From the IMG/VR virus record IMGVR_UViG_3300020185_000003: a stretch of 59,833 nt of DNA; one strand, written 5' to 3'. This document shows, piece by piece, positions 10,038 to 20,260 of this stretch (positions are counted from its first letter, which is position 1; each line of letters begins with the position of its first letter). Source of the stretch: a virus. A model generated the notes under the pieces. That model worked only from the letters and a program-made list of their open reading frames with translations, was not told where the DNA came from and did no database searches. The translations under genes and the position numbers were made by a program.

Positions 10038-10784
10038 ATGAAAAACAAAGTAAACGTAGCAACCGATAAGGTCTACAAACTCGTAAAAGATTCGGCTCCA
10101 TTGTCTTATATGCTGCCGACACGACACACTGCACAATTCCCTTTATTGTATTTTGATGAAGAAGCCGGGGTAAACCGTGCCCTTCGTTATGCACGAAACC
10201 AAAAATCACCTTTCGAGGATGAGCAAGATGGGAACGTGGTATTGGAACCAATCATCTTTGAAGATGGATTCCTTAGTGTTCCAAGAACAAATCCTGTACT
10301 CCAACAATTCCTTTTCTACCATCCATCTAATGGTATGGCATTTCAAGAGGTTAACGAGGAACGTGATGCAACTGCTGAAGTCGACAGACTTAATGCTGAG
10401 GTTGATGCGTTACTTGCAGCCCGTGACTTGAAAGTAGAACAAGTTGAAATGATTTCACGAGTACTATTCAATAGAGATGTTACTAAGATTTCGACATCTG
10501 AATTACGCAGAGATATATTGGTTTATGCTAAGAATCGACCTGCTGAATTTCTTGATATCGTTAATGACCCTACATTAAAATTACAAGCAACCGTTTCCTT
10601 GTTATTTGAAAAAGGCTTTTTAGCATTTAGAAAAAACCAAAAAGAAGTTTGGTTTAACACAAACACAAATAAAACCAAGATGCTAAATGTCCCTTATGGA
10701 GAAGACCCAATGTTTATTGTTTCGTCTTTTCTACAGTCGGACGAGGGCATAGAAAACTATAAATTACTTGAGAAACTCTTGTAA
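10038..10784 (+). CDS. hypothetical head/connector-module protein
   Basis: 248-aa ORF between two terminators. No motif was recognised. Confidence 0.65.
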   Translation: MKNKVNVATDKVYKLVKDSAPLSYMLPTRHTAQFPLLYFDEEAGVNRALRYARNQKSPFEDEQDGNVVLEPIIFEDGFLSVPRTNPVLQQFLFYHPSNGMAFQEVNEERDATAEVDRLNAEVDALLAARDLKVEQVEMISRVLFNRDVTKISTSELRRDILVYAKNRPAEFLDIVNDPTLKLQATVSLLFEKGFLAFRKNQKEVWFNTNTNKTKMLNVPYGEDPMFIVSSFLQSDEGIENYKLLEKLL

Positions 10785-10791
10785 CCCTAAG

Positions 10792-10825
10792 ACCCCTTCC
10801 CGAAAAGAAGGGGTTCTTTTTTTTT
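10792..10825 (+). terminator. rho-independent terminator
   Basis: ACCCCTTC-CCGAAAA-GAAGGGGT hairpin followed by a T9 run. Confidence 0.8.
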
Positions 10826-10827
10826 AT

Positions 10828-10835
10828 TATCTTTG
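10828..10835 (+). promoter_or_regulatory. -7 promoter box, TTATCTTTGTAAAA family
   Basis: TATCTTTG lies 15 nt upstream of ATG 10851. Confidence 0.65.
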
Positions 10836-10850
10836 TAAAAAGGTTTACAG

Positions 10851-11834
10851 ATGATTAACTCAGTTAGAAACACGGTTCTGTCTGTACTGAATAAAAATAA
10901 TTACGGATATATTTCGCCTTCTGATTTCAATTTATTTGCAAAGCAGGCACAGTTAGATTTATTTGAGACTTATTTCTATCAGTACAATTATCAGATAAAT
11001 AAAGAAAATGCCCGCCAATCAGGTACGGGCTATGCCGACATTAGAAAGGCAATGGAGGAGTTGATTGAGGTATTCTCTGTTTACAATCCATTATCAAGAA
11101 CTACTGTACCACCAACGGTATCAAATATATACAGTCTTCCATCACCTACAACTACAGGAGATGATTACTATTTATTGAATAAAGTATTAGTGTTCCCTGA
11201 AATAGTTACAAGCGGAACAACTACAGGTACTGTAGGTAGTGGTCAAAACATTATAGATTCTAACGCTACATTTATTACTGATAGTGTTTCGGCAGGAGAT
11301 GTTGTTGGATTTGTTAGCAGTGGAATCACTCAATACGTAACTGTTATTAGCGTAAACAGTCAGACAAGTATTACGACTACACAAAGTGTTGTGTCTTCGA
11401 ACCCTTGGAATGCAATCGGAATTTCTTATGTAATCTACGATTCAAAACAAGAAGAGGCTGAGAAGGTATCTCATAGTAAAATAACTATGTTAAACAACTC
11501 GCTTTTAACTAAACCGAATTTAACCTTCCCTGCTTATACGCAAGAAGGCAATACGTTGTTTGCTTACCCTAATACCATTACCAATGTAGGGCAGGTATCA
11601 TCTCAGTACATCAGGTATCCCAAAGACCCTAAGTGGACATTTATCACTTTGGTTAGTGGAGAACCTGCATTTGACCAATCACAACCTGATTATCAGGATT
11701 TTGAATTGCCACTTGATTGTGAATCTGATTTGATTAATAAGATACTTCAGTACGCAGGTATGTCTATACGTGAGATTGCTGCGGTTCAGTTTGGACAGGG
11801 TCTTGAACAAATGGATAACCAACAACAACAATAA
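10851..11834 (+). CDS. hypothetical structural protein
   Basis: 327-aa ORF in the late module. Confidence 0.7.
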   Translation: MINSVRNTVLSVLNKNNYGYISPSDFNLFAKQAQLDLFETYFYQYNYQINKENARQSGTGYADIRKAMEELIEVFSVYNPLSRTTVPPTVSNIYSLPSPTTTGDDYYLLNKVLVFPEIVTSGTTTGTVGSGQNIIDSNATFITDSVSAGDVVGFVSSGITQYVTVISVNSQTSITTTQSVVSSNPWNAIGISYVIYDSKQEEAEKVSHSKITMLNNSLLTKPNLTFPAYTQEGNTLFAYPNTITNVGQVSSQYIRYPKDPKWTFITLVSGEPAFDQSQPDYQDFELPLDCESDLINKILQYAGMSIREIAAVQFGQGLEQMDNQQQQ

Positions 11835-11840
11835 TAGGCA

Positions 11841-12764
11841 ATGGCATATATATCTCAATATCAGTATTACGAAAACGGAGGGAATCCCCCTCAAGACGCT
11901 AATTGGGGTTCGTACCAATATGTATCTCTATACGACATCGTTAACAATTTTATGTTAATGTATGCGGGAAATCATAGTCTAATCAATAACGAAGAAAGGT
12001 TTAAGGTTTTGTTTCACGCAAAACGTGCTATTCAAGAACTAAACTATGATGCGTTTAAAGAGATTAAAGTTTTAGAACTTAGTGTGGATGACCAACTAAG
12101 ATATATCCTTCCCTCAGACTACGTCAATTGGGTTCGTATATCTATACAAAGAGATGGCATACTATACCCTTTAAGTGAAAACATTCAAACCAATTGGTCT
12201 TCTGCTTATCTTCAAGATAATACAGGGCAGATTTTGTTTGACCAAGACGGAAACGCTTTGTCTCCTCAATACTCTGAATTAGACTACAGAAGAATATTTT
12301 CTATACAACCAACCATCTATCTAAATTCCCTATCTCCTTTCAACGGAAGTATGGGGTATAATGATGATGGGAATTGGTATTTCACAAGAGGTGTAGGGGC
12401 GAGGTTTGGTTTAAATACCGAAACCGCAAACGCAAATCCTACGTTTAAGATTAATTCAAAGGGCGGAGTAATTAATTTTAGTTCAGGAATACAAGATGAA
12501 TTGGTAGTTCTTGAATATGTGTCGGACGGTATGGAAAACGGCAATGACAGTTACGTAACTGTCAACAAACTATTTGAAGACTATGTTTACGCAGCCATTG
12601 AATTTGCTATTTTAAACTCTAAGTTCGGAGTACAAGAGTACGTTGTTAATAGAGCAAGAAAGAGAAAATCCGCTTTGCTTAGGAACGCAAAGATTAGGAT
12701 TAGTAATATTCATCCGGGAAGATTATTGATGAATCTAAGAGGACAAAACAAGTGGCTCAAGTAA
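11841..12764 (+). CDS. hypothetical structural protein
   Basis: 307-aa ORF in the late module. Confidence 0.7.
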   Translation: MAYISQYQYYENGGNPPQDANWGSYQYVSLYDIVNNFMLMYAGNHSLINNEERFKVLFHAKRAIQELNYDAFKEIKVLELSVDDQLRYILPSDYVNWVRISIQRDGILYPLSENIQTNWSSAYLQDNTGQILFDQDGNALSPQYSELDYRRIFSIQPTIYLNSLSPFNGSMGYNDDGNWYFTRGVGARFGLNTETANANPTFKINSKGGVINFSSGIQDELVVLEYVSDGMENGNDSYVTVNKLFEDYVYAAIEFAILNSKFGVQEYVVNRARKRKSALLRNAKIRISNIHPGRLLMNLRGQNKWLK

Positions 12765-12765
12765 T

Positions 12766-15700
12766 ATGGCAAACCTGACAAGAAATTTTATCGCAGGGAG
12801 AATGAACAAAACCGTTGATGAACGGATTGTTCCCAATGGTGAGTACATTGATGCTCTCAACATTCGTATGGGTTCTACTGAAAACTCTGAGGTAGGTGTT
12901 ATTGAAAACGCAAAAGGAAATATTCGGCTTACTACATTGTCTTACAATGGTGTCCCATTAAGCCCTAATGCTAAATGTATTGGAGCATTTGAAGACGGCT
13001 CAGAGGAAACTATTTATTGGTTTGTACACGATGACAACTACCCAACTTCTCCTACAGGAAAGATAGATTTAGTGGTTTCGTATGACGACAACTCTAATAC
13101 GACTACATACCATTTGATTAGCATCAGAGAAGGTGCTACCGCAAATACCACCCTGAATTTTGATTACAAGTATTTAATCACGGGGGTGAATAAAAAAGAA
13201 GATTTATTATTTTGGACTGACAATTACAATCAGCCAAGATTTATTAATGTAACAAGAAACTATCCTAACCCTGTGGCAAACGCTGACGGGTTTAGTGCTG
13301 AGTCTATTCTTGTTATTAAGCAGCCTCCCTTAGCGGCTCCTAACGTGACTCCAACTCCAACCTCTTCTCAAGATAATTTTTTAGAAGAAAGGTTTATTTG
13401 TTTTGCTTATAGATACAGATACGCTGATGGTGAATACTCTGCAACTTCTCAGTGGAGTAAACCTGCTTTCTTGCCAAACACTTTTAGATACGATTTTTCA
13501 ACTGCACTAAATAGTGGTATGATAGGGTCTGCAAATATGGCAGTCATATCTTATAACTCAGGCGGACCACTTGTAAAATCTGTAGAGTTGTTGTTTAAGG
13601 AAATGGAACTCCCTACCATTAGAGTTATTGAAAAAATAAACAAGTCTAATCAGGGTCTTGCAGACAATACCAATTACACATATGAATTTCAGAATAGCCA
13701 AATCTTTACGATTCTTGCAGACACTGAAATATTAAGACTATACGATAACGTACCAAGACTTGCTAAAGCCCAAACAATGATGGGTAATAGACTTATGTTT
13801 GGAAACTATGTAGATGGATACGATATGGAAGACTTAGCAGGTAGCCCTGTGAGGTTGGAATATAGTGTCACTGCACAGTCAACTGACGTTGGTGCTACTG
13901 ACTTGGAAAGTAGACTTGATGATGGACTATACTCTTTTGGAGGAAACAACACAATTGCACAGGCAGTAAGTTATGTTGACTTTACAGATGTAGACTTAGT
14001 TGCAGGTGCATTGTTAACTATGGACATTAGGTATGCGTATACTGCCTATAGTGGAGATACACCATATCCTACAGACGAACAGGCAGCGACTACCATTTCA
14101 TTTACATACGTACTTCAGCAGCCATTTAATAGTGTTTACGACCTATCAGTTGATACTGATTTCTTAGAGAAAATTGGAACCGCACTTCCTTCGGGAACTA
14201 TTGAGACTGTAGCAAATTCTTGTAGCGGGACAACATTTACGGATGTGTTTAACTGTTCTGTTGAACAAACTCTTGAGGCTCCGGGAGGTATTACCCTTTA
14301 TAAATATGAGAGTGGTATCTCCGGGGCAGGTCAGCCTATAAATGTTATTTCATCTCCGGCTTCAAGTGAGATAGGGTTTCAGTTCCCAACGATGAGGTAT
14401 GTAGACGACCCTACGTTTGTAACTATTACGCAAAACGTATACGCCTACTATAAGATTGAAGCCAATGCCGTAACATACGCAGAGATTGGAAACCCAACAA
14501 GTTTGCATAGTAACCGTGGGTATGAGGTTGGTATTGTATATATGGATGAATTTAACAGAGCGTCAACTTCTTTAGTTAGTCCATTTAACTCTCTACATAT
14601 TCCTTGTGGTGCTTCTGAATTACAGAATAAAATTCAGGTAACTATACCAACAGGACAACGAGCACCTTATTGGGCAAAGAAATATAAGTTCTGTGTTAAA
14701 GCAGACAAAGACACATACGAAACTATATACTCAAGTTTCTTTTTTAGAGACCCAACATCAGGTGCTGATTTCTTTTTGTTAGATGGTCAAAACTCACAAA
14801 AGGTAGAGGTTGGTGATGAGTTAATTGTTAAGACTGACACATCAGGACCGAGCAGTAATTGTGTGTATACAACAGTATTAGAAAAGGAAACACAACCTGC
14901 AAAATTCTTAGACCCTGCTCCTGTTGATGACGCAGGGAATGACATTGCAGTTCCTCAAGGAGTTTATATGAAACTCAGAGCGAACAATTTTAGTACGACT
15001 ACAGATATAGGAGATGGATTGCCTCAAACTTGGACTGAAGGAGAGAAGAAAAACAACTCTAAAAGTTCCTCATATAATTGTGCTCCTATTGCTTATCAAG
15101 TAAACGTTGAAGACCCCGCAAACCCGGGGACATATGTTGACCTTCCTATTCCTGCAGGTAGTCGTATTTTAATTAAATATGAAAGTTATAGAATAGGTCG
15201 TTCTTGTAATTTAGAAAAGAGACTGTATAGATATGAGAATAACTTTACATCTTCTCAAGACTATACGAGTTTTTATGAGTGGTGGATTGGAGATAACGTA
15301 GCGGGAACGCTTAACGCTTCTTTTGTTCAAAGAGAATCTGAGTGTGGTCAAGGAGAACCCGAGGCTACTTTTTCCCCGGGGATTTCAACCTTTTATAATT
15401 TACCGTGTACTCTTGATGTCGGAATTCAATTTACTCAAGCATCTGCTACGTCAAAACAATATTTAATATACAATGGTATCAAAGGCTACTCAGGAAGAAG
15501 AGCAAGAACTAATAATACATTAGAGATTGTTATTCAGCGTAGCAATAGTCTTGTTGTGTTTGAAACAAAACCACTTGATGCTGCTCCTAATTTATGGTAT
15601 GAGTCTTCTGAGGTTTATGATATCAACGCACAAGGTGAGCACCAAGGTAACGTTCAAAACCAAGTTACTGCGTCTAATACTCCTGCAATTATTCTTACCG

Positions 15701-17634
15701 ACTTTTACAACTGTTACTCATTTGGTAATGGTGTAGAAAGTTATAAGGTTCAGGATGCTATTGACGGAAAAAAGTTGCAACTTGGCAATAGAGCATTTAT
15801 TACTACTACTACAGAGTATAGAGAAAGCAGAAGATTTGCTGATATTACTTACAGTGGTGTATACAACGAAGAGTCAAACATCAATAAACTTAACGAGTTC
15901 AATCTTGGGCTTTTAAACTTTAAGTCTTGTGAGCAGTCTTTTGGACCAATCCAAAGATTAGTGTCAAGACAACGAGATATTTTGAACCTACAGGAGGATA
16001 GAATTTCTTACGTTCTAACGGACGTAAATCTTTTATCTGATGCTGCGGGTGGTCAAGGAGTTGTTGTGTCAATACCGAAGGTCTTAGGAACTCAGGTGGC
16101 TCGTGCTGAAGAGTTTGGTATCTCAAACAATCCTGAAAGTTTTGTTCAATGGGGTACTGATAAATACTTTACAGATGCTAAGCGTGGTGCGCTCATTCAA
16201 TTAAAAGGACAGGAAGCGGAAAACTTAACTGCTATTTCTCAGCAAGGTATGAGAACTTGGTTTAGGGATTTGTTTAACACCTCGTTTAATACCCAAAAAA
16301 TTGGAGGGTATGACCCGTATATGAACGAGTATGTATTAACAAGTAATGATACTCTTTTACCTGCACCTGTTATTTGTGATGAGTGTGGTATTACTACATC
16401 TATTCAAGTTGAAGGAAGAAGCGGTTATACTAATTGCTACGAACTTGGAGACTTAGTTGGTGATGTTCAAGTAGATTTTATAGTTACGGCAGTAACAGGA
16501 ACTTTTACCATTACTGCTACTTATAACGGCAACACTACAGTGGTTGGACCAACGAGCACAAGTGGTTCTCTTACGTTTGCTAAAAACGTTGTTAATATTG
16601 ATACGGCAGTTATAGAGATTAATACCACAGGTTATGTTTCATTAGACCTGACTGTAAATTGTCCTGCTGCAGAATCAATCACAATATTCTTAGTGACGGT
16701 AACAAGTGCTAACGAGGCAGGGTTGTTTACCACTAACCAATACAGATGGAATGATGGGGCTTTCTTGTCTCCTCTTCACACTCAAGGAATAGAGTTTCAA
16801 TCAGGCGGAGGTGTCAATCCTATTGTGTCTCAATATCAATCTATAACAGGTCCTCAGGGAGGTGGTGTAATACCATCTAACAATGCGACTGTTACGATGT
16901 TCAACAACACTATTGTTCCTGATGATTTTGTTTTTGAGATTGGTTCTGATGACTTTAAATATCTAAGAACCAATACTCTTTATCAAAACAACACCGTAGA
17001 CATTCAGGGGTTGTTGGCTGCGTCAACTATGGCTACACCAATTAACCCACCTGTAAGCGGAAACACTGCTTTTTACGCACAGTTCCCTATGCCTTCTACA
17101 GGTCAATACTTGTATTTGGTTTGGGATTACAGAAACAGTACGCCTATTGATTTGTGTTACGATGCAGAGTCTCCAACAATCGCTTGTTGTGACTGTGAAG
17201 GTGGCGGTGGTGTTCCAATTGCATCCACTTATGTTATTCGTGACTGCGCTACAGGGTTTGATTATGTGGCTGATGTTGAGTCTTACTCATTTAATGTTGG
17301 ACAAGTAATTCACTACAAGGTTGGAATCAATGGAGGTTATGGTGTAACACTTTGTGCTACTATTCAATCTATAGGTCAAGCAACTGCTAACGCAAGTATT
17401 CAAGATGCAGGTACATATAACTGTAATAGTGAGGAAGACTGCTTCCAATGTTATTCGTATCAAGTATCAACGTACAGTCCTTCGGGTATAGGATATAGTT
17501 ATATTGATTGTGACGGTCTTGAAGCAGGAGGTGTTATTGGTGGCGTAAGCGGATATGACTCTGACACATTCTGTGCTAAACGAGGAAGTGTAAACGCTTC
17601 AGGATTAACCTTAATCGAATATGGACCTTGTTAA
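12766..17634 (+). CDS. large virion protein (tail/adhesin-like) with a Cys-rich C-terminal region
   Basis: 1622-aa uninterrupted ORF. The C-terminal ~170 aa are rich in Cys (IACCDCEGGGG...DCATGFDY...EEDCFQCYSY...). Confidence 0.8.
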   Translation: MANLTRNFIAGRMNKTVDERIVPNGEYIDALNIRMGSTENSEVGVIENAKGNIRLTTLSYNGVPLSPNAKCIGAFEDGSEETIYWFVHDDNYPTSPTGKIDLVVSYDDNSNTTTYHLISIREGATANTTLNFDYKYLITGVNKKEDLLFWTDNYNQPRFINVTRNYPNPVANADGFSAESILVIKQPPLAAPNVTPTPTSSQDNFLEERFICFAYRYRYADGEYSATSQWSKPAFLPNTFRYDFSTALNSGMIGSANMAVISYNSGGPLVKSVELLFKEMELPTIRVIEKINKSNQGLADNTNYTYEFQNSQIFTILADTEILRLYDNVPRLAKAQTMMGNRLMFGNYVDGYDMEDLAGSPVRLEYSVTAQSTDVGATDLESRLDDGLYSFGGNNTIAQAVSYVDFTDVDLVAGALLTMDIRYAYTAYSGDTPYPTDEQAATTISFTYVLQQPFNSVYDLSVDTDFLEKIGTALPSGTIETVANSCSGTTFTDVFNCSVEQTLEAPGGITLYKYESGISGAGQPINVISSPASSEIGFQFPTMRYVDDPTFVTITQNVYAYYKIEANAVTYAEIGNPTSLHSNRGYEVGIVYMDEFNRASTSLVSPFNSLHIPCGASELQNKIQVTIPTGQRAPYWAKKYKFCVKADKDTYETIYSSFFFRDPTSGADFFLLDGQNSQKVEVGDELIVKTDTSGPSSNCVYTTVLEKETQPAKFLDPAPVDDAGNDIAVPQGVYMKLRANNFSTTTDIGDGLPQTWTEGEKKNNSKSSSYNCAPIAYQVNVEDPANPGTYVDLPIPAGSRILIKYESYRIGRSCNLEKRLYRYENNFTSSQDYTSFYEWWIGDNVAGTLNASFVQRESECGQGEPEATFSPGISTFYNLPCTLDVGIQFTQASATSKQYLIYNGIKGYSGRRARTNNTLEIVIQRSNSLVVFETKPLDAAPNLWYESSEVYDINAQGEHQGNVQNQVTASNTPAIILTDFYNCYSFGNGVESYKVQDAIDGKKLQLGNRAFITTTTEYRESRRFADITYSGVYNEESNINKLNEFNLGLLNFKSCEQSFGPIQRLVSRQRDILNLQEDRISYVLTDVNLLSDAAGGQGVVVSIPKVLGTQVARAEEFGISNNPESFVQWGTDKYFTDAKRGALIQLKGQEAENLTAISQQGMRTWFRDLFNTSFNTQKIGGYDPYMNEYVLTSNDTLLPAPVICDECGITTSIQVEGRSGYTNCYELGDLVGDVQVDFIVTAVTGTFTITATYNGNTTVVGPTSTSGSLTFAKNVVNIDTAVIEINTTGYVSLDLTVNCPAAESITIFLVTVTSANEAGLFTTNQYRWNDGAFLSPLHTQGIEFQSGGGVNPIVSQYQSITGPQGGGVIPSNNATVTMFNNTIVPDDFVFEIGSDDFKYLRTNTLYQNNTVDIQGLLAASTMATPINPPVSGNTAFYAQFPMPSTGQYLYLVWDYRNSTPIDLCYDAESPTIACCDCEGGGGVPIASTYVIRDCATGFDYVADVESYSFNVGQVIHYKVGINGGYGVTLCATIQSIGQATANASIQDAGTYNCNSEEDCFQCYSYQVSTYSPSGIGYSYIDCDGLEAGGVIGGVSGYDSDTFCAKRGSVNASGLTLIEYGPC

Positions 17635-17655
17635 CTATAAATAAAATATAATAAA

Positions 17656-18846
17656 ATGCCACAAACATATTACATAGACGGGTCAACACTACTCAACTCT
17701 ACGGCAGTTTACACTGACGCAGGGTTGACTACTTGTGCCCCCGATGGTTTTTATTCTGATGGAATAAACTCAAGAGAATTGGTAGGGTGTATATTGCTTC
17801 CTGCTCAGGCTTGCGGTAGTTGTGCCACCCCTTGCGGGCAGCCTATTGCAGCAAATGGAGGTCAAGGAATCTATAAGGTCGACTTAGACGCAGGAAACTC
17901 TATTGGTGCTATGATTGTAAAATACAATCCTGCAAGCGTTCCCGATGGAATAAGAGTACTTTATAACGGTGGCGTTTACAATCAACTAAGTTCTCCTGTT
18001 GATGGATACCACGCAAGTACAGACCCTAATGGTTACACATATATTGGAGCGACTACTGCTGATTGTGGAATATCAGGAACTACATATCCTGCACTTGTAG
18101 AATATGTTTATAATGGTGCTTCATTTGTTGCTTCAGGAAATACGGTATCTGTTTTTGTCGCTGCGGGTGATGTCTCTTTGGGGGCAGCACCGGGGTGGTG
18201 TGTTATGGTTATACCTAAAATAAGTGCGACTCCAAGTTTAATTCAAGTTGAAGCGGTTGGTCCTTGTAGTGGTACTGCTTGGAATTTAGATATCGCTTGT
18301 CCTGTAGCACTAACAGGTTACAGTTCAACAACCCGACACCCTGCTTGCACCGAAGCGTGTGGACATCCCTTAACTGAAACATATTATAATGCTCCTGTTA
18401 CAGGAACTGCAGGCTCACCTGCTTTGTATGATTGGGTATTTAGTGATGCTAACGGTCAGTTTGTTTTAACTGATGGTTTTTATGGATTTACAGGAGGTAA
18501 GTGTATGACTGTTCAAAACGGAATTATAGTGGCAATAAGCACTTGCAGCAGCCCCCCTCCACCTACTGAATATATATACTTGTCTACGGTAACTGTTACT
18601 TGTGATGATTTTTGTGGCGGACAAAACTACAATATTGTTACTCAAAAAACTACAGTACAAAACCATAGTTTTATAAATATCACTCTTGGAGATGATATAT
18701 TTGGGTCTGTCATTAGTGATGGATACTATGCATATGCTGCTTCCATAACGGATACTTCAACGGGAGTATATAGAATTATGGAGGTCGTAAACAATGAGGT
18801 TGTAAGTATATTGGCGTGTTCGAGTGGGCAATGTGTGCCGTTGTAA
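17656..18846 (+). CDS. Cys-rich virion protein with repeated DG[FY]Y modules
   Basis: 396 aa. It contains AVYTDAGLTTCAPDGFYSDG, LTDGFYGFTGGKC and ISDGYYAYAAS, and many Cys residues. Confidence 0.75.
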   Translation: MPQTYYIDGSTLLNSTAVYTDAGLTTCAPDGFYSDGINSRELVGCILLPAQACGSCATPCGQPIAANGGQGIYKVDLDAGNSIGAMIVKYNPASVPDGIRVLYNGGVYNQLSSPVDGYHASTDPNGYTYIGATTADCGISGTTYPALVEYVYNGASFVASGNTVSVFVAAGDVSLGAAPGWCVMVIPKISATPSLIQVEAVGPCSGTAWNLDIACPVALTGYSSTTRHPACTEACGHPLTETYYNAPVTGTAGSPALYDWVFSDANGQFVLTDGFYGFTGGKCMTVQNGIIVAISTCSSPPPPTEYIYLSTVTVTCDDFCGGQNYNIVTQKTTVQNHSFINITLGDDIFGSVISDGYYAYAASITDTSTGVYRIMEVVNNEVVSILACSSGQCVPL

Positions 18847-18854
18847 AAAAAAGC

Positions 18855-18870
18855 GTGTCTTTGAAGACAC
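18855..18870. repeat. PAL16 copy C (GTGTCTTTGAAGACAC, exact)
   Basis: Intergenic, 9 nt after stop 18846 and preceded by A8. No T-run follows. Confidence 0.95.
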
Positions 18871-18885
18871 TAATAAAAATATAAT

Positions 18886-19713
18886 ATGCAAAACTATACA
18901 TTAACATATGACGAAGGAGTTCAAGGCTTTCCGTCCTTTTACTCTTACTATCCCGATTTTATGATTGGGATGAATAATTACTTCTATACGTTTAACGGGG
19001 GTAATCTTTACCGTCATAATGTAAATTCTGTTAGGAATAACTTTTATGGTGTACAGTATACATCAAAAGTTCAAAGTGTGTTTAATGACCTTCCATTAGA
19101 GAATAAATTGTTCAAGACCCTAAACTTAGAGGGAGACGATTCTTGGGAGGCTTATATGCGTACAGATATTCAAGACTCAGGATATATTGATGACGATTGG
19201 TTTGAAAAGAAAGAAGGGGCTTGGTTTGCCTTTGTTAGAAACTTAGGCAATGTTCCTGCAGGTGTAGGAGAGTATGCCTTGCGCTCATTGAATGGTATTG
19301 GTAAAAGTTCTGTTGTTACAATTGGAGCAGGTATAGCCACTATTGACTTCCCGTTAACTGTAAACGTAGGTAATATATTAAGTGTTGGCGATATGTTCTA
19401 CTTTGGTTTACCACCTGCGTATAGTAATCCTCAACTTGCAGGACAGGTTACGCAAGTGAACATTAATCTAAGAGCAGGAATCAATCAGGTCGTAATCAAT
19501 ACAGTAGGTTCTACTTTTATACCTACTATTGTTCCGTCACCTGTAACAGTTCCTATTCCTATACAGGATGCTTACTTTTTGTATATCAAGAACGCCATTT
19601 CTGAGTCTCACGGAGTGCTTGGTCACTACTGTGTTTTTGATATTGAAAACGGCAATACTAATAAAACAGAACTGTTTGCAGTTGAGTCGGAAGTAATGAA
19701 ATCCTTCCCATAA
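18886..19713 (+). CDS. hypothetical structural protein
   Basis: 275-aa ORF. Confidence 0.7.
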   Translation: MQNYTLTYDEGVQGFPSFYSYYPDFMIGMNNYFYTFNGGNLYRHNVNSVRNNFYGVQYTSKVQSVFNDLPLENKLFKTLNLEGDDSWEAYMRTDIQDSGYIDDDWFEKKEGAWFAFVRNLGNVPAGVGEYALRSLNGIGKSSVVTIGAGIATIDFPLTVNVGNILSVGDMFYFGLPPAYSNPQLAGQVTQVNINLRAGINQVVINTVGSTFIPTIVPSPVTVPIPIQDAYFLYIKNAISESHGVLGHYCVFDIENGNTNKTELFAVESEVMKSFP

Positions 19714-19719
19714 AATTAT

Positions 19720-19727
19720 TATCTTTG
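19720..19727 (+). promoter_or_regulatory. -7 promoter box, TTATCTTTGTA family
   Basis: TATCTTTG lies 8 nt upstream of ATG 19736. Confidence 0.6.
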
Positions 19728-19735
19728 TATAATGT

Positions 19736-20260
19736 ATGAGTATATTAAGTTTATTTAAGAAAAAGCAAAAGTCTGCTGAACATTTTCTCGAGTTAATTGA
19801 TGTTAACCGGGGACTTCTATGGGAGGCAATTGCTGATTTTAAAGAAAACTTGCAAGCCATTAACGGGACCGTGACTCATCATACTGATGAGATGCAAGAA
19901 GTGTTCCCTGTAACACACCACCTAAAAGATGGTTTATATACACGGGAATTGTTTATGCCAAAGGATTCATTAGTGGTAAGTTTTATACACTTGACAAATC
20001 ATCCTTCCTTTTTTATGAAGGGCGAGATGTCCATACTGATGGATAACGGAGAAATAAAAAGAATCAAAGCACCTATGGTAGTACAAACGGAAGTAGGAAC
20101 ACAAAGAGTTGCATATATGCACGAGGATTGTGTTTGGGCTTGCGTCTATAGGACTGATAAAAAAACAGTAGAAGAGGCAGAGAAAGATGTTTACACAGAA
20201 AACTATATGGATTTGCCTGAACACATTATTTTAAATAAACAATTACTATGTCAGGATTAA
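19736..20260 (+). CDS. hypothetical protein
   Basis: 174-aa ORF with its own -7 box. Confidence 0.65.
   Translation: MSILSLFKKKQKSAEHFLELIDVNRGLLWEAIADFKENLQAINGTVTHHTDEMQEVFPVTHHLKDGLYTRELFMPKDSLVVSFIHLTNHPSFFMKGEMSILMDNGEIKRIKAPMVVQTEVGTQRVAYMHEDCVWACVYRTDKKTVEEAEKDVYTENYMDLPEHIILNKQLLCQD

Noticed and set aside
9946-10251. Minus-strand 101-aa ORF.
   Set aside because: It runs through the capsid terminator and PAL16 copy B, and is antisense to 10038..10784. Its VFEDT segment is just the translated palindrome.
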